A stretch of 64,000 nucleotides of DNA, taken from positions 1,602,783-1,666,782 of the forward strand of contig CM082580.2 of assembly GCA_040954595.2 (NCBI GenBank). Reading direction: 5' to 3'. The position numbers and the translations under genes were made by a program. Source of the DNA: Balanoglossus misakiensis. Taxonomy: Eukaryota > Animalia > Hemichordata. Below the pieces are notes generated by a model, which saw only the letters and a program-made list of their open reading frames with translations, searched no databases and was not told where the DNA came from. Each line of letters opens with the position of its first letter. Within the stretch, counting starts at the first letter, position 1. Positions 34,458 through 47,945 of the stretch are shown here, in pieces.

Positions 34458-35920
34458 TTAATTTGAGGCCATCGCTTTCGTCAATTTCCCTGCGCTCCCC
34501 CTGGTAGTTTACGTCCAGTCCCTTACTTGTAATTGTCTTTGTTTGGCAACTGCAGGCCAAAAAGTTTTACTACCATGAATAAATCTACCCTAATCGATTA
34601 TTCATAAAAGTACAACGTTTTTTTTTTGGAACTACTGTCGACATTGTAAAAACCCCAGGTAGTAACTTGGGGGTGAAACAAGGCAACTCTCAGTAGCTCC
34701 TGGGAACAGTTCAATTTCATGGTCATATCATTAAATGTGCTGGTCCAGTGAAAAAAAATGGGTCTCATGAACGTTCCCCAATTCATGACTCATCGCCAAG
34801 GTCCTTGGAATGAAGCACATTTTAAAACAGGCAACTGGTCTGGTCTTTTGCTTTGTCAACTTTCGACAAGCTTTAGCCGTGCATGCCCTGTAAGTCACAA
34901 TGCACATTAGACATCAACATTACTTTAGAACATGGTGAATTTCACACAGTGTGTAGGTTATATTATTGACTGCTACAATATTTTCAGTGTTTGGGTGTAA
35001 AATGAACCCAGGTAGCTGGCAGTTGAAACACTACTGAACAAACAGTTTCATGTCAATGTAATCCAGACATTATCACTGAAGAGGTGTGAACGAGCGAAGA
35101 CATTCAGGAGGCTCCTCTGTGCAAACACTGCCCTTGGCTACCAGCTGTGAAGTGATATGATAGAATTGTACCACATCAACTAGCAAGGCCCTGCACTGTA
35201 AGATGTTAAGTGTTATTTTTTGTGTGTTTTATTTGGTCCCATTTGTATAGGTATATACAGTGGGACCTTATGGATTTGGTTGCGTCTGTATGTATGTATG
35301 GACATATGGACGGATAGATGGATGTATGTCCGTACACATCAAAAACTTGAAAACCGTTGCGCCAATAACCTCGATATTTGGTGTGTAGATGCATGCTAGG
35401 CTGTAGATGGGAGTTTGTTCAAACGAAGTTGTCATTGCCAAAAATATATACAAATTAGCTGGGAAAACCTTAATTTGGTCAAAACTCAGAAACACGACAA
35501 GTCCTGGTCATGTTGATTTGAAAAAATGGTATGATAGTACCTTATATTAGCCTCACACATTTCTGTATGTTTTAAGCTAATAGTGTGAATTTTCTACTTG
35601 TTATGCATTTTTTTGTCTTTTTCCACATTTTTGGTAAAAAATCTACTTTTCTGGAATTGATCAGCCGACTTCTGTGAAATTTACTATGGAGCTTCATATA
35701 GGTGATCTGAGTTACATGATGGATACCAACGTAAAACCACATATTGCCACCAGTCAAATATGTTGAAAACAGTGTCATATTTGCTACCGAAACAGATCCT
35801 ACTGTATCCTTTAACACCCCATTAGGGAACATGTATTCAAAGCATAGTAAGTTTCCACAGTGGGAAAAATACATGCAGTAAATGTCACAGTGCATTGTTA
35901 ACAATGCATAAATTAGATAA

Positions 35921-37780
35921 TTAAGTCAAAGGCTGACATTTCTCACTGTGTGTGACCAGGGTATCATTTTAAACACAGACTGGACTTTGAGTATTGTGTC
36001 CAATGGAAAAAATACATCAGCATCTATGTCTGCAAAAATGGTGTCAGAACTGACATATCTTATCATGTATGCCATCGAACTCAAATGATAAAATCTTCCT
36101 TTCATGTGACCTGTCTGGTTAAAATTTACTGCCAACATTTCACCATGCTTTACCCACCCAAGACACAGTGTGTCAAATCCAATATTTGGTTCAATGAATG
36201 AACCATGAAAGTTTCCGAATTGGTACTACCCGAAAACGTCACATCAAGCTAAATTTGGAATTTTGATGGGGTGGGGAGGTAAAGCTTATCTAACATATAG
36301 TCGTTTAGATTTAACACTATGCCTGTGAGTTACATGTTAATATTTTCTGCATGTCTGTCGCGTACAATGCGTCGGTGCGCAAAAATGATCACAGGTACTA
36401 TTCAGAAGAATTCCGCTGATTCATGATGACTATGTGCATGGAAAAACCCTGATTATGATCTAACTGATAAACAATAGCATGATATTAATAAAATATACAC
36501 ATTAACCAATGAATGAACCATCATGAAGATTGTGCCCTAACACTTATTTAAGCTTTTATCACTATTATACCTTTGTCATTACTAAAGATATGAACAGCCC
36601 TGTACACCAAAGCTATCACCACATTTGTTAACCTTTATTACACCATTCATATGAAACCATTCACCATCATCAACCTCTATTATATTCATTGTTTTGCCCA
36701 TTATAATCTGTGTACCCTCAATTTTACCACAAACCATCACCACATCAGTTAACTGTTTATTAAACACTTCCACATGTGTTGCCCATTATTATACCATTGA
36801 AATTTGTAAATCGATCATTATACCTATCATACAAGCAATTGCTGATTGCTGTTAACCCTTGTGTACCACAAGCCATTATCATGAAATAGGCAACATGAAT
36901 TTCACATAACACAGTTTGTCAGCTCTGAAAATGAAGTTATCATGATCATTATCTATGCTAATTAAAAGTGTACGTGGGAAATTGACCTTAGCAGGCGCTG
37001 CCTTATTAAGCTCAAAGTCAGAGTATAAATAAATGTACAGGCGTATAAATTAGACAACATCAATATAACGCAGATAACACAGTTTGTCAACTCTGAGAAT
37101 ATTGTTCTCAGGACCATTTCCCATGCTTAATTAAAGTGTTGTGTATGTGGTACAGTTTGGATTCCTTGTCAGATTTCCTATAACACAGGTCGTGAGCCCC
37201 GAAAAGTACCATAACACAATTCTCATGAACATTTTCCATGATCAATAAAAGTGTTGTGTGTAGCATAGTCATTTTTCCGTTTGCTGTGACATTTGTCTCC
37301 CTGTGAGAGTTTAAGTAAATGTGGAAACACGCAAATTAGGCAACACCAATATCCCGTACATAATTCAGTGTGTTTGTTCGCATTTTTGGTTGCCATTTTG
37401 AAAATGAACAAAGGACTTTCCATTGACCAACACCCGTATGAATACGTCCAAATTACCCAACTTTAATATTCCTTAAATAATTGGTCAGCTCTGCAAATAT
37501 TTTTCACCTGACCACTTCCTTAGCTAGGTAAGAGTGTTGTTTATGTAATAATATTAATATAATATTTATAACTTATGTAGCACATTAAATCTCAACATGC
37601 TTTAAAGTTGTTCCATGGTCATTTGACCTAGGTCGTTGGACCTAAACATTCCATTCAACTCCCTGGGGAGTACAGCTCACCATCATTAGCAATGTCAAAT
37701 TACAGTGCTTTTGGCCACATATCAACCTGGGGATTTACAGACAACTTAAAATCCCCCTCAGCATGCATTTAATCCCCATG
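35921..37780 (+). repeat. Segmental duplication (partner 50017-51716)
   Basis: Both begin TTAAGTCAAAGGCTG and run colinearly through unique sequence, degenerate tandem units, a SINE tail and the first satellite B monomer. Confidence 0.9.
36880..37540 (+). repeat. Degenerate tandem repeat C (also 33154-33440, 50980-51470, 52520-53480)
   Basis: Recurrent AATTAGGCAAC..CATAACACAGTTTGTCAGCTCTGAGAATA..CCATTTCCCATGCT..AAAGTGTTGTGTATGTGG units, heavily diverged. Confidence 0.7.
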
Positions 37781-38325
37781 TCAAAGTGCAGAGCTTGCAT
37801 CACCATCTACCCCTTACAGTACTTATGGCCATGTATTAACCTAGGGATTTACAGTCAACATTAAATACCCATGCATATATTAACCTGGGAATTTACATTC
37901 AACATTAAATACCCATGCATATATTAACCTGGGAATTTACATTCAACATTAAATACCTATGCACATGCATTAAATACGTATGCCAAAGCGCAGAGCTTGG
38001 ATCACCATCTACACTGATGCATCATTAGGCTTGCTACGCCATTTCCCCTAATGCAAAGAATCACATTCAATGTCACCATTGTATTAGCTATGTCAAATTT
38101 CAGTGCTTTTGGACTTGTATTAACCCAGGGATTTTCAGTCAACTTTTAATCCCCACATGCATTTAATACCCATGTCAAAGTGAAGTGTTTGCATCACTAT
38201 CTACCGGGATGCATCATCAAGCTTGCATCGCCATTTACCCTGATGCAAAGAATCAGATTCAGTGTCACCATTTCATTAGCAATGTAAAATAAAATTGCTT
38301 TTTGCCAAGTATTAACCAGGGGTAC
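37678..38325 (+). repeat. Short block of satellite B monomers
   Basis: CATTAGCAATGTCAAATTACAGTGCTTTTGGCCA...GATGCATCATCAAGCTTGC units, the same type as the 54250-64000 array. Confidence 0.9.
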
Positions 38326-38716
38326 CAATTCTCTGCCCTAGCAAGGGCCAGGGGTACTTATTCTCTGCCCTAGTAAAGTTTACAATCCCATAAATCACTA
38401 TTGCAATAACATGAACTATGACATGTTCAATGCACAGCAAAACAGCAGCAACCAATCCAATTGAATGTTAAAACATGTCTCAATATTTATTATCAAATAT
38501 TAATTTTTAAGATTACCCTAAGAAGTCTCTATAGTATCACACATTTTAACATCTAGGCTAGCTGATGATAAGTAATACTTACCAGAAACTTGTCCATATC
38601 TGATGCTTTTTGACAACAATACCAAAAGTGGTTCACAATGTGGGTCACCCATTTCAGCAGTGGTTTGCACTCTTTGTTTTGTGCAGCCTTAAAAAAACAC
38701 AGAATACACTCATGAT

Positions 38717-38870
38717 TGTGATGTCCGGGGAGGGGTTATTGACAGTCGACAACGACGGAGTTCCACAGAAGTGATGTTTATTGAATGACAACCACGCGGG
38801 AACTAACAGTTACAGGAAATCACGTATACAGACCATGTGACAATCACGTGATCATGACAATACTATCACA
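38717..38870 (-). repeat. 3' LTR (154 bp)
   Basis: Direct repeat of 43564-43717 with TG..CA ends. Confidence 0.96.
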
Positions 38871-39121
38871 TCTCCTCAACTTTAGAAGAAAACTTGTACT
38901 TTAAGTTTACAACTCGCTTTGGAAAGTATGAAATTTGCCAACACTGTCAAATTGTAATGCTTTGTGAATGATCATGTTCTAACAAACGAAAACAAACAGA
39001 ACCTTAACCTTAACAAGAACTTGAGAACTTCATAACTAGGAAAATACAAATCTCCAAGAGAAAATTTGCTCTACAGAAACTCATTCCATAATGTTTGTGG
39101 ACAGCCTTATGTCAATATAAT

Positions 39122-41941
39122 CTATCCTTCTGGCATGCAATAGTCTTTGTGCCAAGGAGGTTTAGATTTTATTCTTGTTGAGCGTCTCACATCAGTACTA
39201 TTGGGGTTTACATTTGTCTTAGGTGATATTGTCACTGGCATTGTTGGAGGAACATTTACAATCGTTTCCAACGATGCTGTACCAGTAGGTGAAACAGGAC
39301 TAGGACATGCTGGTCCAGTTGATTTCTGACTAGAACAGACGGGTTATACTGGCAAGTTATCCAGGTTGTTATGTGTAGACAAATCATGGATATGGGGGTT
39401 ACAGGATGGAACACCATTTTGAACCCTTTGAGGTTGTTCATATGTCAAATGTTTGGAGTTCCATTCAGTGCCCTGGAAGGAAAATTCTGGATATTCCTCA
39501 ACATATTTCTTTACATGTCCAGTGGACCTTCTTTTTACACCTTTGGAGTTTTCCAATACTAACGCACCTCCATCTTTCTGGATGACTTTGTATGGTTCTG
39601 TCTCGAAATTGGGAGTGAGTTTGTTTTGCCTAAATGCTTGCTGGAGCAAAACAGTATCACCTTCCCTGATATCTGAGGAAGTGGCATGTCTCCTGTTGTC
39701 GGCATAGAACTTTTGTTTCATTTTCATTCTGTTGTTTCTTTCTCTCATTTTGATTTGCCAATCAGACTCATTGATTGTTTGGGATGGAATTCTCAGTCTA
39801 GGAATTTTGTCCCTAAACTCTCTTCCCATCAGAGCCATAGCAGGAGATATGCCTGTCACAGTATGGGGTGTATTTCTATATTCAAATAGAAAATGTGTCA
39901 AATCTTTGTACCAACTTTTCTTTTGCAATTTAGCAATTCGTACAGACTTCAAAATTATTTCATTCAGCCTCTCAACACTTCCATTGCTCTGAGGCCAGTA
40001 TGGAATGGAATATTCATGATCAATACCTAAGTAATCAAGGAAACCTTCAAACTCGGCTGAGGTAAAAGGTGGACCATTGTCTGATTTGACACAGTAAGGC
40101 AACCCATGTGTAAGAAACATAGCTTCCATGGCTTTTATGACATGGGCAGCATCTGTTTTCTTTAACAAAACTACTTCAGGCCATCTAGAGTATAAATCAG
40201 TTACCACTAGTAATTTCTCACCATCACATACATCCAAAAGATCAACTGCTAAATCGAACCATGGTCCTTCAGGTAACTGTGTGGGAAATAATGGCTCTGG
40301 GTTTGGCCTGGCACTGACCAATTGACATGGATGACAGGATCGTATCAGTTTTTCCACATCCCTGTCCATTCCTGGCCACCAAACTCTGTCACGTAAACGA
40401 GCCTTTGTCCTCACAATTCCCTGATGACCCTGGTGTGCAATTTTCAAGATTTTTCTTTGCAAAACTTGAGGAACAACCAATCTGTTACCACGCATGATCA
40501 ATCTGCCATACAACCATAATTCGTCTTTCACATGCCAATAGGGTGAAGACTTCAATTTTGACCAATTTGCAGAGGTAATACACTTTTCAACCAATTGCAA
40601 GCTCTGGTCTTTTGCAGATTCTCTCTCAATATCACGTGGGGTGATAGCAGATGGCATAGCCTCTAAAACAACACTACATGCAAAATCTTCAGTCTCTCTA
40701 CAATAGTTGTCAGATGGTTCGTCCACGGGCAATCTACTCAACATGTCCGCATAATTATTCTTTCCCTTGATATGGGTGATATGATAATCAAATTGTTGCA
40801 TATATAACAGCCATCTCTCAATTCTAGCTGAAGGGGGCCTGGAGTTAGGGCTGAATACTTTCAATAAAGGCTTATGGTCAGTTCTGACCTCAAAATGACT
40901 GCCTAGCAGAAACTGCTGAAGTTTCTCACATGCCCATTTAACTCCAAGCGCCTCTCGCTCAAACTGAGAGTACCTCGACTCAACATGTGTAAGCTTTCTG
41001 CTAACATAGTACACTGGTTGATATGAACCATTACTTTGCATTTGTTCAAGGATTGCTCCAACACCAACGGGCGATGCATCAGAAGTGACTCGAGTTTTAG
41101 CACCCTGCTTGAAATAAGCCATGAATGGACTTGTGGTCAATTTATGTTTGATGAGATTGAATACTTTCTCATGCTTGGGAAGCCATTTCCACTTTGCATC
41201 TTTGCGAGTCAAATCCCACAGTGGGCTTGTCACTGTTGCAAATTTATCGACATATTTTGAGCAAAATTGAGCCAGCCCAAAGAAACTTCTCAATTCTGAT
41301 TTGTCAGTTGGCGTTCGAGCTTTTACAATAGCTTTGACCTTCTCATCAGTGAGTTTCATACCCTGGGCCGTCATCAAGTGACCCATGAATATCATACTGT
41401 CTCCTAGCTTACATTTTGTAAAGTTCAGCGTTAAACCATGCTCACTAAAACGCTTGATCACTTTCCCAACTCTGGCATGCAGCTGCTCATAATTTTCAGC
41501 TACTACTCTAATATCATCATGCATGTTGTGGGCACCCTCACAGCCCTTCAAAACCTGGCTAATTAGATTTTGAAACTTTTCAGTCGCCATGTTCACACCA
41601 AAAACTAAACGCTTGTAGCGATACAAAGAGTTGGGCCCTGAAAAGGTTGTAATATCCCTGCTCTTTTCATCGAGCTCAATTTGATGGAAAGCCATATTCA
41701 TATCAAGCTTGCAAAATACCTTGGCCCCTGAAATTTCCTCTAGCGTTTCATCCATGGTGGGAACAGGGTGTCTTTCCCTAACAATGGCTTGATTTGCTTT
41801 TCTCATGTCCAGACATAGTCTGATATCCCCATCAGGCTTTTGTACTGTTACAAGGGGGTTGACCCAAGAGGTCGGACCCGAAACCTTCTCTATTACTCCC
41901 AGCTTTTGAAGCTCGTTGAGTTTTTTCAACAACTTTAGCAC
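39122..41941 (-). CDS. pol: Pol (RT-RNase H-integrase); premature TAA at 39344-39346
   Basis: RT (WVNPLV, IRLCLDMR, KLDMNMAFHQI, LVFGV, MHDD), RNase H (SDASPVGVGA, EREALG, TDHKPL, ADMLSR), integrase (HQGH..CHPC, AVDL, SDNGPPF, VERLN). The frame continues past the TAA to RRSTRIKSKPPWHKDY and TAG at 39122. Confidence 0.93.
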
Positions 41942-43463
41942 GGCGGTTGAAAGGAATTCGCCGGTACTGGGCTATGGGTTTGACACTCTCATCAATATGC
42001 AAATGGAGCTTGTAGCCCTTTAACTTACCCAACCCATTAAATACCTCAGAATATTTCCTCCGCAATTCTGCAAGAATTGGCGAAGAATTATCAGCAGATA
42101 TTGAATTTATCGTGTACAGATTCACATTTCCAACTCTCAACATATCTAAATTCTCAGAAGTACTCCGACTCAACAAAATCGGTTGATCAGCCTTGATCAC
42201 TATAAAATCAGCAATACATTTCTTTTTAGTAGGCGCTTCAACATGTAAGGCACATTTACCCAATATATCTAAAGGTTTACTAGAACCATAGGTAAACACT
42301 TTATTGTTACAATTTCGAACTTTCACACCACGCTTTTCAGCAAGTCTGCGAAATTGTCTTTCACCAATGAGATTACATGTAGCACCACTGTCGATGATAA
42401 CCGGCACGTGTTGATTCTCGATCTGAATACCTGTATCAGTGAGGTCCTTCCCACTGGAAGCACGGAAAGCAGCATTGAAAGCATAGTACGCTTTCTCCTC
42501 GTCAGTCTCGACGTCTGCATGGCCACCATCGGCGTTTGCATCAGTAGTCGTCTGAGCTACCTTGTGTGTACCGCGACCATCACCACGCGTACGGCCACGT
42601 CCACGTGCGCTGCGGTTACCACCACTGCCTCGACTGTTGCCATTTTCACTGTCTTTAGACGGACAGTCTTCCCACTTAGCACGACAGTCTGCAGCTCTGT
42701 GTCCCGGTTTTTGACATCGGAAACACCGGTCGGACTTTTGTTCGGCATTGCGAGAACTACCACTTGTACTGGCGCGACATTCACGTTGCATGTGACCTTT
42801 CCTTCCACAACGGAAACAGGCTAAGTCCGCCATTTTGTTTTTGGCGCGCGTACGTTTACCGCCAATATTGACTGCATTTGCACTCACAGCTTGAGTACCA
42901 GACACCAAAACTAGTGCATCTTTGTCGTGATACGACCATATGATTTGTAGTAGTTTGGTAGTGTCCAAATTCTTTTCACGATACAGCTTGCTTTTTAGCA
43001 CCTTGTCGCTGATGTAGAGCAAGACACGATCTCTTATCTGGTTGTCTTTTTCCGTCTCGGGAAAATCACAGTCTTTCAGTAGGTTCTTGAGACGTATTAC
43101 GTAGCTGTCGACCGTCTCCCCGGACGTGGGAGTTGCGCTGTAAAACTTCTGTCTCGCCATAGGAACGTTTTTCTGCAGTTGAAAGTGTTTATCCAAACAT
43201 GCTATCAACGTTGCGCAGTTTGTGACGTCACCAGTTTCATCTTCAGATTTAGTGCAAACAATGTCTCTGATGCCCGCTCCAGCCATGTGCAAAAGTAAGG
43301 CACGCTTCTGCGCATTATTTGAAACACCAGAAGCTGCTACGAACAGTTCAAATTCCTGAAGCCAACGCTCCCACCTTTGCTGAAGAGCCTCCGGTTCGCC
43401 TTCACAGTCGAATCCCGCCACTCCTGGCAGTCCGGACAGCGTTACGGGTGTAGACATTTTCAT
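41832..43463 (-). CDS. gag: Gag-protease with two CCHC zinc knuckles
   Basis: WERWLQEF, QKRALLLH, CFRCGRKGHMQREC, CFRCQKPGHRAADC, protease IIDSGATCN and PILLSR; separated from pol by one extra A in an A6 run near 41925. Confidence 0.93.
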   Translation of the reverse strand: MKMSTPVTLSGLPGVAGFDCEGEPEALQQRWERWLQEFELFVAASGVSNNAQKRALLLHMAGAGIRDIVCTKSEDETGDVTNCATLIACLDKHFQLQKNVPMARQKFYSATPTSGETVDSYVIRLKNLLKDCDFPETEKDNQIRDRVLLYISDKVLKSKLYREKNLDTTKLLQIIWSYHDKDALVLVSGTQAVSANAVNIGGKRTRAKNKMADLACFRCGRKGHMQRECRASTSGSSRNAEQKSDRCFRCQKPGHRAADCRAKWEDCPSKDSENGNSRGSGGNRSARGRGRTRGDGRGTHKVAQTTTDANADGGHADVETDEEKAYYAFNAAFRASSGKDLTDTGIQIENQHVPVIIDSGATCNLIGERQFRRLAEKRGVKVRNCNNKVFTYGSSKPLDILGKCALHVEAPTKKKCIADFIVIKADQPILLSRSTSENLDMLRVGNVNLYTINSISADNSSPILAELRRKYSEVFNGLGKLKGYKLHLHIDESVKPIAQYRRIPFNRRAKVVEKTQRASKAGSNREGFGSDLLGQPPCNSTKA

Positions 43464-43546
43464 GCACTCAAATCACGGCTAAAAAGTCACCAAATCTCGT
43501 AAAGGTTGCTTGCGTATGTTCTTCGATAGTTAATTTAGACAACTAA

Positions 43547-43560
43547 ATCCTCGTCGCCAT
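43547..43560 (-). promoter_or_regulatory. Primer-binding site of the Mag-like element
   Basis: TGGCGACGAGGATT on the minus strand, a few nt after the 5' LTR; a common Mag-clade PBS. Confidence 0.8.
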
Positions 43561-43563
43561 TTA

Positions 43564-43717
43564 TGTGATGTCCGGGGAGGGGTTATTGACAGTCGACAAC
43601 GACGGAGTTCCACAGAAGTGATGTTTATTGAATGACAACCACGCGGGAACTAACAGTTACAGGAAATCACGTATACAGACCATGTGACAATCACGTGATC
43701 ATGACAATACTATCACA
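43564..43717 (-). repeat. 5' LTR (154 bp)
   Basis: Direct repeat of 38717-38870. Confidence 0.96.
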
Positions 43718-44203
43718 ATGATCTGATATAAACTGATGGTTCATAACTATTCACCATAGACCTGAACTTGTTTGTGACATTTACTGATGCAAATAACAAC
43801 TGCACAATTTGAATATTGCCATAACTATTTTCAAAGGTAGTTTGACACCCACCCCACCCAAAATGATAGAAGGATCAGTTAGTAACATTCTATACCCTTA
43901 CATTTTTATGTGTCAGTGTCACACATATTTAGAAGATAAATGAAAACTGAATACAAGAATAAAAGTTTGTCTAACCTTTATGATCTTCTTTGACAAGTTC
44001 TTGGCAGCATGCCAAATGTCATGAGAATGTTTTATGTCTGGGTGATCGTCTCCTATAAGAGTGGGTAAATGTGATTACAAATGGAGCTTCAAAATGACAG
44101 TGTTATGATTGCCAAATACATTATCTCAGAAAAACAAAATCAACATTGACCTGTATAACAGCTTTGCTTTTGGCATTTCAAAGCAACATATAACCCAAGT
44201 TAA

Positions 44204-44998
44204 GATGGGTCCCTAGGATCTTTTTGCTCGTTGCTATGGGCCTTTATAGGACACTACACTCAATTTTGATCGAAACCGTTATGAACGTCCGACAAGGGGC
44301 TTGTAACTAGTTAAAAATACGCACGATTGTGTGCACACCCCCTGTCCGAGTATGGTTACGGCAGCTACCGCCCGGCCATAGGCCGCCACGCTAATATGGC
44401 AAAGCAGCAGTCACCGATAGCGTGCGCGTCCTGTAACCACAGTAACTGGATCGAACGCTAAATATCCAATGTTTTGTACACAGAGATTTTGTACCGTTCA
44501 CGAAAATCCCTAAGGCTTTTTTCATAGGCGACGTAGGCCAGCCAAATTTGACCTGCTTGTTGAGAACGCACTTCCGCATAGTGTGACGGATCGTTTTTTC
44601 GGTTTTCGTCGTGCTAAGAAGCGATACCGGTGGAAGAGTGCGTCCAAAAACACCCAAAATCGATGACTTTTTCAGGTGTGGTACGGGTATGCTGAAATCG
44701 TAGGATACAACGATAATATTCGAAAACAAAATCCGTCACGATCTTCCCTGGTTCAAGCAACTAATGAATACGTATCAAGTTCGTTTTTGAGGTCACGGAA
44801 TAAAAAGCCTTAGGCTTTTGAAATTTGACCTAGCTAATTTGCATATCAATGGCGTCAGGGGGCGCGCGCTCACAATCGTGCAGATTTTCAACTAGTTACC
44901 AGCCCCTTGTTAGACTCTGAAAACGGCTTAGTCCAAATCGGGGTGTAATGTCCTATAAAGGCCCATAGCAACGGGCAAAAAGATCCTAGGGACCCATC
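44204..44998. mobile_element. Non-autonomous TTAA-specific TIR element (Kolobok-type ends) in a Kolobok intron
   Basis: TTAA|GATGGGTCCCTAGGATCTTTTTGC...GCAAAAAGATCCTAGGGACCCATC|TTAA; imperfect TIR ~130 bp; the RR terminus favours Kolobok over piggyBac. Confidence 0.88.
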
Positions 44999-46317
44999 TT
45001 AAAATCATAAAATTACACTTACTCATCAGAGCTGTAATCTGCATGTGGGCATCTGTTATGACTTCTTTGACATTTACACCTTTCTCCTGAAGCTGGTTTA
45101 GACTTTTAACAAGGCAGGCCTTTTCCATGTTTGTTGACTTCTTCTCTGTTTCTCTTTTGTCCATGGTTATTATCGACAGAATTTTCTTGGTGGTTTCCTC
45201 CATCACAGTATAGGTGCAATATTGCGCACAAAAACCCGGGGAATCCATTCGCCCATCACCTGAGACATAATCAAGTAAATATGTCAGTCAAATTATACAT
45301 AAGTATGCATAAGTGAGAACATTTCCAATTCAATGATTTTACAATGAGTATGAAATGATGCAAATGAGGAAGTAAATGCCACCAAATAATAACTATTGTA
45401 TTCTTTTCTAAATCAGCAGAATAGAGTGTGTAAGTATAAACTTTTAGACATAAATTACAAGTGCATTGGCCGACATGTGATGGATAATCAGTGGGGTGAG
45501 CCAATCAGATTAGGTGCGTGTCATTAACAATGAAGCTAAAAACTTACCCAGTAAAACAAGTTCTTGGCCATCAAATGAATCAATGATGTCTTGTTGTTGT
45601 CGTATCCAAAATTCATCAAGACATGGTATTAGATAAGCTTTCTGAATTCTATTGTAAGTATTCTGGGAGCAAATTCTGAGTGACAGAATGCTTGCCAAAA
45701 AATTAATTTTGGCATAATTATTACCAGACAATAGAATGACAGCTGCTGTGAAGAGATCACCACTATGAAGTCTCCTGTTCAAAATTGGTTGTGAACACCA
45801 TTCGTAGTCAAGGTGACCAGCTGAGCATTCCTGAAAAAAAAAAGTTTAAAGATTCATGCTTATTTGATCATTTCATGTTGATTTCTCCAAGACACGATAA
45901 AACAGATGTTAATACCGATAACTTTGTAATTTCAGTTGACTATTGTTTTTTATTATAAACCTAAAGGAACAATGTGCACCCACATAGGATTATAACTAGA
46001 GTTTCCTGTTCATCTAAATAATACTGGCATAGTGATTGTCCATACAATGCACACTACAGTTGGTATAGTTTAACAATAATTGTCAAGAATATACCATATT
46101 TAGTTCACACTCACCCACTTTAGATATAAAGCTGAGCCAACAAACTTTGAAGTAGAGGATATCAATCCACTGCAAGACTTCAATGCACAGACTTGCCTAA
46201 TAGATTTTTTGCCAAGGGCCAGAAGCTGGTTAAAAAAAACAGACATGTTGTAGAGTCACCAAGGAGGCTTTCCCCATCTTCTTCTGTGACAACTCTCTGC
46301 AGACCCGGTGATGGTGT

Positions 46318-46319
<2 letters not shown>

Positions 46320-46353
<34 letters not shown>
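46320..46353. repeat. (CAT)n microsatellite encoding poly-Asp in a Kolobok exon
   Basis: About 11 CAT units; reads DDDDDDDDDDD on the minus strand. Confidence 0.9.
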
Positions 46354-46354
<1 letters not shown>

Positions 46355-47514
46355 CCACCGTCACTTTCAATATCGTCGTCACCAATGGCAGGAACCACCT
46401 GCACGCCATTAGTTCTGAGAAATGGACAAAAAATCCTAACAATGCTCATGACTTGTCCATCAGAGTTTGTCAGTCAGCTGTTAGTACAAATGTTGTAAGT
46501 TGATGTTTCATTCATAAAAGAAAATTTATCATATATATGAATTTTAGCGTCCAACACTTAGGCTTTTTTTAACCATGAGGATATTTTGCTTTCCATTTGT
46601 TGTGTACCCATCCAATAAGGAACTTTGATGATAGTGATAAATGCGCACTTACATTATAGAAATATCAAAGCTGGGCTCATAGTCATAATCATCATCGTCA
46701 CATAGGTTCATGTCTTCCTCTTTGTCTTCCTCAGAAATATCAATGCTCAACCTGGTAGTAATAAAACCAAGGAATTAATCTGAATAGTGGGACAATGCTG
46801 CTCACTAAAAATACATATAGTCACTCATAAGCACAAAAAAGAAAGAAAACATTTCCCATGAATTTAAGTACAAGCAAATGTTCTGACACACGTGATGCAT
46901 GTCATGAAACTGATTTTCCCAACAAATTTAAATTTAGTGTAACAGGAGAAAAGAAGCAATCGAAAAGGCTTGCTCAAGCAAGGGAAACATGCATGCCGTA
47001 TATGACAATAGAATAAGGAAAACTTACTCAAATGGATTGATGAAAGACTCAGACAAATTTCTTGGAAATCTTACACGGCCGCTGGAGAAAAAAATGACAA
47101 AATAGGCACACATGAGACGGCAATATGTACTGAACTAATTTACAGCTGTGAACTAAATATAACACACATGAAAATTGAACTCTGAAACAAAGTGACAGGG
47201 GCACACAGGGACAGCAGCATCACTGCTTATTTTTACAGGTTCCTCTCTATCTTGGTTTCACACAAGTAAATTTAGGGTGCTTGGTAAACATTTGCCATTT
47301 TGCTTTCTAAGAAATATTTTCATGTTGATAGCTACACAGAATAACTTATTCACACAAGCATAAGCAAGGGAGTTAGAAATTAGTACATTTACATGTATGT
47401 AAAGCAGTCGCTCCTGCTTTTGTCCTAAAGCAGGAGATTAATGTTTATCACAAAAGGTACAAAAGAGGGGGGAAAGCCACATTTCACTATAAAAGTTTAC
47501 CTAACTACAGTTTA

Positions 47515-47945
47515 TCTTCAGATTAATAGAATCTCACACTCCCAAGGACCTGGGATCACATTTCTCACAAGAGTTGGGGATTTTCTGTCCCACACGAGCC
47601 GCAGGCTCGTGTGGGACAGAATATCCCCGACGAGTGTGAGAAATATGATCCCAGGTCCTTGGTGTGTGAGATTCTTTTTCTCACACGGTCACAAATTAGC
47701 CAAGTTCGTTAAAAACATTGAATAAATGACTCTGGAATTGTTGTCTGGGGGCACGTTGTAGTCTCTGTGCCTGTAATACACATCGCGCCATTGGATAACA
47801 TTTAGTGCGCGTAGCGACAGAACACTTTGTTAACCAATCAGCACTCACGTCATATACAGCTTTCTATTCAGTGAGATTGTGAGAACAATTTGTTCCCACA
47901 CTCTGTTCTCACACTCCCAGCGTACGGGGAGTGTAAGAAAAGATA
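47515..47945. mobile_element. Palindromic non-autonomous element (Crypton-like architecture, tentative)
   Basis: 148-bp fold-back at 47528-47675 centred on CACGAGCCGCAGGCTCGTG; internal CCAAT/ATTGG boxes; second small hairpin TCTCACACTCCC..GGGAGTGTAAGA at ~47907-47938; no TSD seen. Confidence 0.55.

Larger units (their letters stand above)
38717..43717 (-). mobile_element. Full-length Ty3/Gypsy (Mag-like) LTR retrotransposon, 5.0 kb
   Basis: 154-bp LTRs TGTGAT...ATCACA at 38717-38870 and 43564-43717, apparently identical; 5-bp TSD ATGAT at 38712-38716 and 43718-43722; PBS TGGCGACGAGGAT; purine-rich AAAGTTGAGGAGA before the 3' LTR. Confidence 0.96.

Noticed and set aside
42354-42824. 156-aa Thr/Ser-rich plus-strand ORF
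   Set aside because: Antisense shadow of the gag ORF.
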